Origin: a virus
Lineage: Duplodnaviria > Caudoviricetes
Strand: one strand, 5' to 3'
DNA length: 25,672 nucleotides
Virus record (IMG/VR): IMGVR_UViG_3300049924_000065
Location: 1-25,672 of that record
The stretch's first letter is position 1. Each line of letters starts with the position of its first letter. Both the position numbers and the translations under genes were made by a program. Shown here piece by piece: positions 16,564-25,588 of the stretch. The notes beneath the pieces are model-generated. The model searched no databases and was not told the DNA's origin. It saw only the letters and a list, made by a program, of their open reading frames with translations.

Positions 16564-17508
16564 TTACCAATTAAAATTACTGTAAGCACTACCACCGCTT
16601 GCTACACCACCTGTATTCACGTTAGTGGGAGTTGCACCTGCGCCGTCACTTCCTCCTAGACCACCCATCATGGCAAAGCTACCTAAAGCAGACATACCTT
16701 GACCTAAAGCCATCATTGGCGCACCAGCAGCCGCACCCTTATATTGGGCTAGCTGACCAGTGACACTCTGTGCGCCCTGTCCTACTCGTATGTTTGCACC
16801 CTGATCTAGCATAGCTTGGTAGGCTGCTTGTGAGTTAGCCATGTTCTGTAAATAGCTACCTACACCTGCTGCTTGCATACTAGCACGTTGACCCATACCT
16901 GTAGAGGTATATTGGTCTTGCATACTCAAGCCTTGTGTGCGAGCAGTTTCACCTAGACCAAAGGCTGCGCCATAACGATTCATAATACTATTGAGGTAGG
17001 TGTCTGCCACATTCAATCTACGCTCCTGTAGAGCATTGAGAACATTGCTGGAGTTACCCATGCCCCTAGCACCAGCTAGTCGTGCTGTAGAGGTTTCTGC
17101 TTCGCCCTGCATGAATTTATATGCAGCATCATCCCGAACACCTGAAGGGTTATTGAGAATACCCATCATGCCTTCGTAGCCAGTAGTTCGCAAATCCTGT
17201 GCCACTGGGTCGTAGTATCGCTCGTATGCAGCCTTACCCTCAGACCGATAGCTGGCCGCAGTTCTAGCACCTAACTTGTCATAAGCACCCTGACCATCCT
17301 TAGCTAAATCTGCATAGAATTGTCTATTTTGTCCTGCATATTCTTCTCTGTATCGCTTGGCTTCTTCGTCCATTTTAGCCATCAGACGCTTCATATACTT
17401 GCTGGCAGCATTTGATGACGACTTGGCACCAAGACCTGACATAATGGAGCCACCCGCCATAAGACCACCGCCTATAGCTAAACCAGCACCTACGCTCATT
17501 GGGGGCAT
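16564..17508 (-). CDS. DNA transfer/pilot ejection protein (P22 gp7-like)
   Basis: Gly/Ala hydrophobic termini. DAAYKFMQGEA...RLAGARGMGNSSNVLNAL resembles the gp7-like PGYQF...AAARG..SG..L.AL pattern. Confidence 0.78.
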   Translation of the reverse strand: MPPMSVGAGLAIGGGLMAGGSIMSGLGAKSSSNAASKYMKRLMAKMDEEAKRYREEYAGQNRQFYADLAKDGQGAYDKLGARTAASYRSEGKAAYERYYDPVAQDLRTTGYEGMMGILNNPSGVRDDAAYKFMQGEAETSTARLAGARGMGNSSNVLNALQERRLNVADTYLNSIMNRYGAAFGLGETARTQGLSMQDQYTSTGMGQRASMQAAGVGSYLQNMANSQAAYQAMLDQGANIRVGQGAQSVTGQLAQYKGAAAGAPMMALGQGMSALGSFAMMGGLGGSDGAGATPTNVNTGGVASGGSAYSNFNW

Positions 17509-17512
17509 ACGC

Positions 17513-17968
17513 TCACCTCTTTATAAAAGTTTTATCAGGAGATTGCATATTGGTGTCTAAACACTTAGCAACCCATTCGTCAGGAAGGTTTACATTCAGA
17601 TAGTCTAAAATCTCTGGTAACCTTTCATTTATTTCGTTGTACTTAATGTGTAAGCCTTTAGCTTGTCTAAGCTCTCTGCTCATCCTAACGGCATATCTAT
17701 GTAGCTTTTTATCGAAATGCTTAGGGGTATTCTCTGCAAATTTCATAAAAGAAGATACAGCTTCAGGAACATCTCTCTCAATGATGACCAGCTTTCCCTC
17801 TATACCTTCGTAAGGATAACAAGTGCTGTTAAACAACACCTTACCTTCAGGGACTTCCTTGTCGTATATAGGGTAGCAATGGAAGCAATGGTTATCTCCG
17901 TAAGTTAATAACTGAGAGAACCAATAGGTTCTACTTCTGGGCAATCCAACTACTGTTCCTTGAAACAT
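17513..17968 (-). CDS. Sulfotransferase-fold (PAPS-binding) protein
   Basis: 5'-PSB-like VVGLPRSRTYWFSQLL, 3'-PB-like IIERDVPEAVSS (R-x7-S), and LHIKYNEI..LPEILDYL (YEDL-like). Confidence 0.72.
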   Translation of the reverse strand: MFQGTVVGLPRSRTYWFSQLLTYGDNHCFHCYPIYDKEVPEGKVLFNSTCYPYEGIEGKLVIIERDVPEAVSSFMKFAENTPKHFDKKLHRYAVRMSRELRQAKGLHIKYNEINERLPEILDYLNVNLPDEWVAKCLDTNMQSPDKTFIKR

Positions 17969-17972
17969 AACA

Positions 17973-18992
17973 TTACCAATGAATCATTAGTCGGTGTGCA
18001 GCATTGGTGTTGCCAATACCCCCATCATGGATCGTCACGGTAAATGTATGCGATCCTGTGTAATCAACGTGCAGAGTCCTGTTTGTGCCACTCGCATCAG
18101 GAACCGATCCAGTTACAACAAAATCAGTTGTTACGCGCCGCTTGGTTTTATCGGCAGAATCATACGCAATGGTATAGTTGTAAATACCCGCTGCACCCTT
18201 TGAGCAAGTCACGGTTACGCCTGAAATCATCGTAACGGTGCCACCAGATGTGGTTTTCAGTGACGAACGGATAGAAATAGCTGGCTGAATAATCCCGTCA
18301 TACGCATCATCATCCGTGTAGTGATTGCCTGCTGAAGTTACCTGATAGTGAACCTCGTCTGAACCACTGGTTGTAGCCAGCTCAACAAAAACATCTCCCT
18401 CAACACTCATGGTTGATTCTGTGGTGCCTATGGTGCCTGTACCACTGACTATTCCCAGAGAAAGAGTGTTCGCTGCGCCTGCATTTAGAAACTTAAATGT
18501 AGAGGTGGCTGACTCATTCTTAAATAAACTTGTACCTGCGGAGTAGTCGTAGAAGAAGGTGTATGCACCATCTTTGTTGAGGAGCTTTATATCCTCTGAG
18601 CCGAGTTGTAGTTCACCTGAGTACGCACCCCCTACATAGCCCTGAAATCTAGCAAGTCCACCTGTACCAGCCCAAGCCTCTATATCTGAGTCAGCACTGG
18701 CGGCTGAGGCTGTAGCTTTTACAACACAACCACTGGCATTGCTGGAGCTTATCTCAAGAGCTGTGGCAGTAGAAACACTTATTACAGGCTTACTAGTAAA
18801 AGTATTTGTGCCAGAAAATGTATTTGTACCTGTTATCGTGTTATTCTCGGTTTTACCTACAGAGGTGTTTACTGCTGTAGACAGGTCATTCAGGTTGGCA
18901 TCCATCTCTGCTACAGTGAGTATGCCGACAGCACTACCGTAAGAGGGATTGCCATTAGGTGTGGTTACTGTCTTTACGGAAACTGCTGTCAT
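17973..18992 (-). CDS. Tail fibre / receptor-binding protein
   Basis: N-terminal LTVAEMDANL anchor-like motif, NTITG-TNTFSG-TNTFT repeats, Thr/Ser/Gly-rich beta character. Confidence 0.72.
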   Translation of the reverse strand: MTAVSVKTVTTPNGNPSYGSAVGILTVAEMDANLNDLSTAVNTSVGKTENNTITGTNTFSGTNTFTSKPVISVSTATALEISSSNASGCVVKATASAASADSDIEAWAGTGGLARFQGYVGGAYSGELQLGSEDIKLLNKDGAYTFFYDYSAGTSLFKNESATSTFKFLNAGAANTLSLGIVSGTGTIGTTESTMSVEGDVFVELATTSGSDEVHYQVTSAGNHYTDDDAYDGIIQPAISIRSSLKTTSGGTVTMISGVTVTCSKGAAGIYNYTIAYDSADKTKRRVTTDFVVTGSVPDASGTNRTLHVDYTGSHTFTVTIHDGGIGNTNAAHRLMIHW

Positions 18993-19282
18993 ATCGGTGC
19001 CCCATTGTCAACTCTACGCCAATCTGTACCATCCGAGAAAGCCAACATAGGTGTTGCACCTCCTGCGTCAATAACAAAGATGATAGAGGAAAATAAATTA
19101 GGTGATGTTAAGCTTCCCCATGAGGGGGCTTCTGGAACATCGGCTCTCTCATAGCCTTGAATGAGGAATGGCCCATCACCTGTTCTTTGGAAAATTGTGG
19201 AGAGCCATTGGTTTGTTACCGCTGGATTAACCACCCCTGTTGGGGGTGGGGACAATTTCACTTTTTTTGTTTCTCTAGGCAT
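18989..19282 (-). CDS. Small tail protein
   Basis: Start moved to ATG 19282, overlapping the hub gene stop. C-terminal AFSDGTDWRRV resembles small tail proteins. Occupies the gp26-like position. Confidence 0.65.
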   Translation of the reverse strand: MPRETKKVKLSPPPTGVVNPAVTNQWLSTIFQRTGDGPFLIQGYERADVPEAPSWGSLTSPNLFSSIIFVIDAGGATPMLAFSDGTDWRRVDNGAPI

Positions 19283-20900
19283 AAGCAGATGTACCAAGTC
19301 TCATTGTATATCCTATAATTTCCAGTTTACCTGTTCCGTTATAGGTCATCTTGTAAGCACGTTCTCTAAACTTACCTAACCGAGTCAGTGTTCGATAATT
19401 AGCGAAGTCTAAATCTCGCGGAGTTGAGAAGGTCTTGTAACCATCGTCTGTCCAAGATATTTTTAAGACAGTCTGATCGTCGTCAGCAGTAGGAGCGGTA
19501 CCACCCAATACAGAGAACTGGCTACAGAACTTATTTGTATTTCTGTCAAGATTGGTAGCACTTGTCACCATCTCCCATTGTATGTTAGCCACTCTATCAG
19601 AGCTTATAACCTCAATGTAGCTGCTGTTGTCTGGAGTTATATAAGGCTCAGACCAATAACCCACTGTATCCCCTGCGGTATCTTGCAAGGCATCAGTAGC
19701 ATTGACCGTACCTAAATCTCCCGTAGAGAACATCATCAAACCAATGTTGGAATACTGACTGGATGTTGACGACGCTATAACAGGAAATGCTGCGGTTACA
19801 TCATCTGAAAACACCTGACTATCGTAACTAGACCATTGATTTTTTGTGGCATCATAGGCTGCTGTGTAGACTGGGCTTAACTTGGTTGAGCCAAACGTAC
19901 CGTTGCACAAGGTTAGGGTGAATATGTTATGCTCACCTACTCTAACTCCACCAAGAATGGCAACCATATTTTGATAGTTAATAGAGTTGTTTATATACTT
20001 GGTAAAGGCATCATCAGCAACTTGTTTGTATTGAAAGTTCTCGAATATAAATGCTGTTTGAACTCCCTTAGAATCAACACCCAGAAAGAAGATGGTATCC
20101 CCAGAGGTGTAAGCATCATATTTACCAGAAACACCCACACCATACATAACATCTTCACGGCGATTGAGGGGACTTCCTACAGGATTACCTGCATCATAAA
20201 ACACTTCTACAGTTCTGTGCCCAAAGGCTACAATGTTGTTATGATGTAATGCTAGGTAAGCACCACCGTCGCTATCTCGTGCAGCTTGTATATAATCCCC
20301 CGCCCACTCTGTTCCTGTGTTGGGGGTACCACCACCGAAATAAGGATTTAGGTTATTCCAGATGTTACCCTCGGTATCCATCAGGTAGAGAATGGCATTA
20401 AGACTTACACCACCACCAGCTAAGGTGTATCCAGCATTAAACGGGAAAGCTACATCGGTTATTTCTACTAGCGTGTTGCTTGCAGCTTGGTCTATGTAAT
20501 AAACCTTGTTTCCTGCTGTATCTATGAGCAGGAGATATTCACCGACCTCAACAAAGGTAACGGGAGTGTTGCTGTCAGAAATAGTCCCATCAATCAGAGG
20601 AGAGCCATAATCTGCCAGATAGACAGTGTTTCCATTAACCAAGTAGGTGTAATTACCTGTTGTACCTAGTGGGTTCCATGCGTAACAACCCCTTCCCTTA
20701 TAACCAGTAGTGCTGGTGGCTACCTTAGTGATGTTGAGAGGGAAACGCTGAGTGACATATATTTCACTATCCCCTGTTCCATATTGTGTATAACCCCCAT
20801 TCCTCAGAGTAGGCCCTAATGTCGGAATACCTGCTGCTGAGAAATAAGGATACATACTGGATATGATGGGAAACTTCTGTATCGGATCGTAGTTTGCCAT
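19275..20900 (-). CDS. Tail hub / packaged-DNA stabilisation protein (P22 gp10-like)
   Basis: Beta-propeller-like repeats, AFGHRTVEVFYDAG, and C-terminal ISWTDDGYKTFS..R...RLGKFRER, matching the gp10 WSDDGG..W...RLG pattern. Confidence 0.82.
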   Translation of the reverse strand: MANYDPIQKFPIISSMYPYFSAAGIPTLGPTLRNGGYTQYGTGDSEIYVTQRFPLNITKVATSTTGYKGRGCYAWNPLGTTGNYTYLVNGNTVYLADYGSPLIDGTISDSNTPVTFVEVGEYLLLIDTAGNKVYYIDQAASNTLVEITDVAFPFNAGYTLAGGGVSLNAILYLMDTEGNIWNNLNPYFGGGTPNTGTEWAGDYIQAARDSDGGAYLALHHNNIVAFGHRTVEVFYDAGNPVGSPLNRREDVMYGVGVSGKYDAYTSGDTIFFLGVDSKGVQTAFIFENFQYKQVADDAFTKYINNSINYQNMVAILGGVRVGEHNIFTLTLCNGTFGSTKLSPVYTAAYDATKNQWSSYDSQVFSDDVTAAFPVIASSTSSQYSNIGLMMFSTGDLGTVNATDALQDTAGDTVGYWSEPYITPDNSSYIEVISSDRVANIQWEMVTSATNLDRNTNKFCSQFSVLGGTAPTADDDQTVLKISWTDDGYKTFSTPRDLDFANYRTLTRLGKFRERAYKMTYNGTGKLEIIGYTMRLGTSAYA

Positions 20901-20912
20901 TGGCGTTACCTG

Positions 20913-21863
20913 TTAGTAATAGCGAGGTTCTACAGACACAGATGTGTAAAGCTCTTTGTCATACCCCTTTGCCATATCGTAATACATGGTGGCTAGGCTT
21001 GCGATTCTGTTGAAATCACCTGTAGGCACACCATACTTAGCTGCTGAAGCCATAGCCAGATTGTAGGTTAGGGGCAGATACCACTCTTGAGGATAGTCAG
21101 GCTCATCACCATCGGTTGTAAAGGTATCTAAACGACGCTGACACCACAACACTAATATCTCTGCTGTACCATTACCCAGAGGCCACACCCTAACCGTCGT
21201 GTAAGCTCGCTGTGGCTCGATTTGAACTTGGGTAGTAGTACCTACAGCATTCTTATTAGACAGCTCAGAATACTCTTTACGGCTTAATAACGTGATGGGT
21301 CTATCGCTGAAGTTGTTTGGGAGTCCGTAGAAGGTTCTCAGGTAAATGTCCATAACCTGCATAGGCTGGCTAGCTTGAGCTGAGTAACCAAATACTAAAG
21401 CACCTTCCAGAATATCCTCTGTAAGAGGTGAGTCGAAGGTAATGGTGTTGCCTGCAATACCTGTAATGTTTGCAAATAGGGTGTTCGCTGCTTGAGTTAC
21501 ACCGACTATACCACCATTGGTAAACTTACTACCATCAGCTACAGTGACAGATGTTGCACCAGAGGAGGTATTAGTTGTAGTGGCATCTGCAACATAGTTA
21601 GTAGCAAAGCGAGCAGAAGAACCTGAGTACAAGTTGTAGTCTGTGCTGTCACCATCCAGAAACAAATACATCCGTTGCACAGCAAAGATGTTAAGACCAT
21701 CTGCCTGCCAGCCCTTACACAAGTTGTTAAGGGTTCGCTTCATAGATGTAATTTGTGCTGTAGTGGGACTTTCGCCCTCACCCAGAACACCTAACAACTC
21801 CAGAGCCTCAGTGATAATCTCTAAGGTTGAGGTTGCGTAAGCGGTTACACCAGAAGTCGCCAT
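20913..21863 (-). CDS. Head-tail adaptor (P22 gp4 / T7 gp11-like)
   Basis: MATSG..IITEALELLGVLGEGESP..LNNL..W, VRVWP, PDYPQEWYLPLTYNLA. Directly precedes the hub gene. Confidence 0.78.
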   Translation of the reverse strand: MATSGVTAYATSTLEIITEALELLGVLGEGESPTTAQITSMKRTLNNLCKGWQADGLNIFAVQRMYLFLDGDSTDYNLYSGSSARFATNYVADATTTNTSSGATSVTVADGSKFTNGGIVGVTQAANTLFANITGIAGNTITFDSPLTEDILEGALVFGYSAQASQPMQVMDIYLRTFYGLPNNFSDRPITLLSRKEYSELSNKNAVGTTTQVQIEPQRAYTTVRVWPLGNGTAEILVLWCQRRLDTFTTDGDEPDYPQEWYLPLTYNLAMASAAKYGVPTGDFNRIASLATMYYDMAKGYDKELYTSVSVEPRYY

Positions 21864-21865
21864 AC

Positions 21866-23449
21866 TTATGATCCTAGAGAAAGAGTCAGTGTAGTGAAGG
21901 TAAGAGTCATTGCTGAAGCTGCTTTGAACTCAATGTAGAACTCATCATTTTCTTGGTAGCTAACGGGAACAGCCATGCTGACAGAGCCAGATTCCGTCGT
22001 AGCGGTACTAAGCGAGAAGGCTGTTGTGGTTCCTGCTATAGGTGTACCTACACCACTTCTATACTGAACAGCTCGGAATGAAGAAATTACAGTAGAGGCT
22101 GTACCTTGAGTATAGGAGATAGCGTAATAAAGAGTACCATTTCCGGGATTAGGTGCGGTTACCTTTAATCGGTAGGTGGTAGCACTTGTGGAAAGACTGG
22201 TTCTCTCGCTGTTAGATAGAGTGGCTGCACCAGAAATACCAGCAGAACCTATCTCAACAAAGCTTGTGGTTGCAGCATCGGATTGTGCGGAGCTTATAGA
22301 TATGGAACCCGCTACAACACTGTCAGCAATGCCCGCACACGCCTTAACGCTAACCTTAGAATCAGCTTTGGTCATACCACCAAAGATACCCGTGGTGCCA
22401 GACATAGTGGTTGCTGCGAAGGCTGCGCTTGTAGAAAATGGAGAGGAGGCGGGTACTTGACCATTAACAGCATAGCTCGTACCACCGGCTGTAGAGGAAA
22501 TCAAGCAAGAGCTCACTGTTAAGGAACCAAAGAATCCAGATGAAATGTCTAGCCCGTGTTTAGAGGTTCCTGCACCTGTTATCGAGGTGTTGACTAGGTT
22601 CATGTTGCTAATACGACCGCCAGATGTAGATTGTACATACATACCGGAATCTGCGGTAGAAGCAAAGCGACAGCCTGACATAATAATGCTGGATGACAAA
22701 CCTACGAAACGAAAGCCAACACCTGCACTAGAGGAGTTAGCATTGTTTATAGAGATTGTTCCGAAATTAGTTACACCCGCTGTACCATTGAAATTTATAG
22801 AGTTGCCCGTTAAAGATGTGGAATTGAAATCATCTATAATGGCACCGAAAGACAAAGCCCCTTCAATCAACATAGCGTTAGCTACGGCTGAGGCTGATAA
22901 GCGAGTTACGAAGAGAGCTGCTGCACCCGCAGAGGTTACCCGTACACCTGCACTTGTACCACCACCACCAACGATGTTAATTCCCTCTTGTATGAGAAAA
23001 ACACCTTGTTGAACATTTACCGCTGTGCCTGCTGCATTGGTGTTGCGTATGCGTAATGGCCCTTCAAGAATACACGTATTAAAACCACCTGTAGGAGCTG
23101 TATCAATGGTAATGGAACCAGCAGACGTAATCTCACATCGTTGAGCAGCCCAGCCCTCAATAGCTGTGCCGTTCTGCATGACTAGAGAATCAGTACCAAG
23201 ATCAATGACGTTATTAATGATGTAGCGAGTAGATTCTAGGAGGGTTCTCACGCCAGCAACAGCGGCAGGTAAGTCATCAACCGAATTAACCTGAACGGTA
23301 TTCTCTGCAATGGAGTTATACAAATCACCAGCAGGTCGAGTCTTTAGCTGTTGTGCGCTAGCGTCATAAACTAACAGATCATCCGATGTGCGATCAATGT
23401 CAGTGTATGCAGCGAATGAGGGTAATCCAGAAGGTAATACACCTGCCAT
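21866..23449 (-). CDS. Beta-helix-like virion fibre/spike protein
   Basis: 527 aa, very Ser/Thr/Gly/Ala-rich with short alternating beta-strands. N-terminal DDLLVYDAS linker then VNSVDDLP. Confidence 0.62.
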   Translation of the reverse strand: MAGVLPSGLPSFAAYTDIDRTSDDLLVYDASAQQLKTRPAGDLYNSIAENTVQVNSVDDLPAAVAGVRTLLESTRYIINNVIDLGTDSLVMQNGTAIEGWAAQRCEITSAGSITIDTAPTGGFNTCILEGPLRIRNTNAAGTAVNVQQGVFLIQEGINIVGGGGTSAGVRVTSAGAAALFVTRLSASAVANAMLIEGALSFGAIIDDFNSTSLTGNSINFNGTAGVTNFGTISINNANSSSAGVGFRFVGLSSSIIMSGCRFASTADSGMYVQSTSGGRISNMNLVNTSITGAGTSKHGLDISSGFFGSLTVSSCLISSTAGGTSYAVNGQVPASSPFSTSAAFAATTMSGTTGIFGGMTKADSKVSVKACAGIADSVVAGSISISSAQSDAATTSFVEIGSAGISGAATLSNSERTSLSTSATTYRLKVTAPNPGNGTLYYAISYTQGTASTVISSFRAVQYRSGVGTPIAGTTTAFSLSTATTESGSVSMAVPVSYQENDEFYIEFKAASAMTLTFTTLTLSLGS

Positions 23450-23452
23450 GTT

Positions 23453-23890
23453 TTATACTTCCCATATCAAATAATCAGAGTTGGAACCATCAACTAGCAA
23501 CAAATCATCAGCAAGATTTACATAGAGTTCGTTGGTGATGGTATCTGGAGGTGTAGGAGGTTGTGGAGAAGGTGTGGCTGGTCTAAAGACAATTTGATTG
23601 GTTATCGTTGAGCCATCACGAAAATAGGTTGTAGCGTTGTAGCGAATTAGTTCAGGAGGTAGATCAGGTCTAGGTGTAGGGATAGGTAGATCACCGGGGT
23701 TTCTTATATCCCAATGGTCAGGGCAAGCCACCAAACCATCCCATTGAACCATAGCATCAGAGGCTCTGATTACTGAAGCGCAATGGTCACACTCTACCCA
23801 GTTGTCGCCCTCATGCTCTCTACTGCCTGCTCTATACTTTCCTCGCACAATTCTCGTCGGTGCATGGTAGGGCTTTCCATACTTAATCAT
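23453..23890 (-). CDS. Zn-ribbon virion-module protein with Pro-rich linker
   Basis: ECDHC...QWDGLVACPDHWD..NP, Pro-rich tracts, GAGG SD. Confidence 0.75.
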   Translation of the reverse strand: MIKYGKPYHAPTRIVRGKYRAGSREHEGDNWVECDHCASVIRASDAMVQWDGLVACPDHWDIRNPGDLPIPTPRPDLPPELIRYNATTYFRDGSTITNQIVFRPATPSPQPPTPPDTITNELYVNLADDLLLVDGSNSDYLIWEV

Positions 23891-23914
23891 GTTGTTACCT
23901 CAAGAACTCTGAGA

Positions 23915-23937
23915 GAAACCCTCCCCGAAGGGAGGGA
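23915..23937 (-). terminator. UUCG hairpin terminator after the major capsid gene
   Basis: The - strand reads TCCCTCCC-TTCG-GGGAGGG-TTTC starting 7 nt after the capsid stop. Identical to 4252-4274. Confidence 0.75.
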
Positions 23938-23944
23938 TTTTGTC

Positions 23945-24892
23945 TTACGAACCGCCGCTATACACAGACTGCCAATCAGACCACAACACACCATAACGCT
24001 CATAGAACGATACTTTAGTGTTCTTGGTCTCGAAGTCATCAGTCACATCAATCATGATTGGATCACGTTGATAGGAGGTCAGACCATTCGGTGCATTGGT
24101 ATGAGTATACCATTTACCGGTTGAAGTCAAGTATGGGTTGACAATGACTGAACCAGCGCCAAGACCCATAGTAGTAAGCACAGGATTGATCTCGTTGTTA
24201 GCATAGGCGGTGTTACCCGCAGCCGCAGGCGCACCACTAGAACCACCACCAACGCGGTATTGTGATTTAACAAGTACTTCTGCAACCATCTGAAGATCGA
24301 CTGGAACGTGCAGAGCTTTCAGCATCAAACCACGACGCAGACCACGACTATTCTCGGCTTTACGCACCTGTACGAAGTTGGTGTTCAGCGAGGTTTCAGA
24401 CAGCGCAGCAGAAGAGCCTACGTTGCTAGAAGCTGCTGCGGTGCCAGCTACTGAGGTGTGGGTTGTGGAGAACAGAGCTTTACCATCACCACCCAAGATG
24501 CCTGAGTCATTGAAGATAGCCGCGTGAACATACTCCTTGCCTTGATCCATAGCGAAGCGCATATCTGCGGTACGGTTCTGAGCAAACAAACCATACTGGT
24601 CATCACGCTTCATCTCGCCAGTGACAATGAAGCCTGTTGCATAGGCAGTCATCAAATAACGAGTGGTGTACTCTTGGTTAGAGCTATCATAGCTCAGCGG
24701 TTCACCTTCGAGTTTAACCAGAGGAATGTCGAAACCGTTGTATTTAACGTGTTCTTCATACGAACGACCAGAGGTGCGTTGCTCAAAGATTTTGGTGTAG
24801 ACTTTATCTGGATTACCAGATTGATCCCACCAACGCTCAATACCCGGACGCAGTGCTTGTGAAAAACTACCTGATGTAATAAGACCTGACAT
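23945..24892 (-). CDS. Major capsid protein (HK97 fold, Mu gpT-like family)
   Basis: ALRPGI, SYEE, EGEPLSYD, GFIVTGEM..DDQY, GGDGKALFST.H, LHVP..L, NPYLT...W, DFET.N....YERY...WSDW. Strong AAGGAG SD. Confidence 0.9.
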   Translation of the reverse strand: MSGLITSGSFSQALRPGIERWWDQSGNPDKVYTKIFEQRTSGRSYEEHVKYNGFDIPLVKLEGEPLSYDSSNQEYTTRYLMTAYATGFIVTGEMKRDDQYGLFAQNRTADMRFAMDQGKEYVHAAIFNDSGILGGDGKALFSTTHTSVAGTAAASSNVGSSAALSETSLNTNFVQVRKAENSRGLRRGLMLKALHVPVDLQMVAEVLVKSQYRVGGGSSGAPAAAGNTAYANNEINPVLTTMGLGAGSVIVNPYLTSTGKWYTHTNAPNGLTSYQRDPIMIDVTDDFETKNTKVSFYERYGVLWSDWQSVYSGGS

Positions 24893-24907
24893 AAGTAATT
24901 CTCCTTA

Positions 24908-25573
24908 TTAAGCAGGGTTGTACTGAACAGTGTTGAAGGTAACATAAATCTCGTCACCGTTCGTCAAGCTGCCAGAAGAAGGATAATAAGTAATAGGTAC
25001 GCCTTTCTCGGTGATGGCACCGCGAGAAGCCAGACCCAAGACAGTGATGTCATTACTCAAAGAAGAGAATGTTGCAGCACCCAGCTTAGAGCGATTACCG
25101 TCTAAGTGGTTTGTGTTTACTGCAGCATAGTCAACAATAGTTGTGCCAGTTGAGTTGTTAGACAAATCCAACTGTGTACCAATCAAAGCTGCATAGGTGG
25201 GAGCTGTACCAGAAGGTGCACCTTGATATACAGTTTTGAATACAGCATTATCTGCTACAACTACTGCAGCCCAGCCATCGTCTGTCGCACTAAAGGCAGT
25301 TGAGCCATTAGACGGATCAGCGAAGTTAGTCAGGTAGCCACCAACGGATACGCTTTGTGCAACGGAAGCTGCGGTACGTCCCAAAGCTACAACTACACCA
25401 TACACACCGCCGGACAAGCCGGATGTAAAACCAACAACAACACCTGATGCGACAGCTACAGGATCGCCTACAGTAAGACCACCTGCTGTATCAGCTACAG
25501 GCAAAATGCGAACGGATTGCGGGGTGCTACCGTCTGCGGAACGTGCGTACTTAAAGCCATAATATGCGCCCAT
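24908..25573 (-). CDS. Capsid decoration/cement-like structural protein
   Basis: Directly upstream of the capsid gene, GGAGG SD, YGFK..GDPV..GVVV pattern, Gly/Ala/Thr-rich beta character. Confidence 0.62.
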   Translation of the reverse strand: MGAYYGFKYARSADGSTPQSVRILPVADTAGGLTVGDPVAVASGVVVGFTSGLSGGVYGVVVALGRTAASVAQSVSVGGYLTNFADPSNGSTAFSATDDGWAAVVVADNAVFKTVYQGAPSGTAPTYAALIGTQLDLSNNSTGTTIVDYAAVNTNHLDGNRSKLGAATFSSLSNDITVLGLASRGAITEKGVPITYYPSSGSLTNGDEIYVTFNTVQYNPA

Positions 25574-25588
25574 AAGTTACCTCCAAAG

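Noticed and set aside
19231-19268. A7 slippery run followed by a CCACCCC/GGGGTGG hairpin on the - strand (possible -1 frameshift)
   Set aside because: It is at codons 5-7 of the ORF and the -1 frame stops after about 11 codons. The hairpin is explained by Pro-Pro-Pro-Thr-Gly-Val codons.
12554-24957. Many antisense or alternative-frame ORFs in the track (e.g. 15141-15689, 22545-23012, 24524-24862)
   Set aside because: Shadows of long real genes, with no SD or recognisable motifs. The same applies to 537-836, 9833-10342 and 10873-11313 on the other arm.
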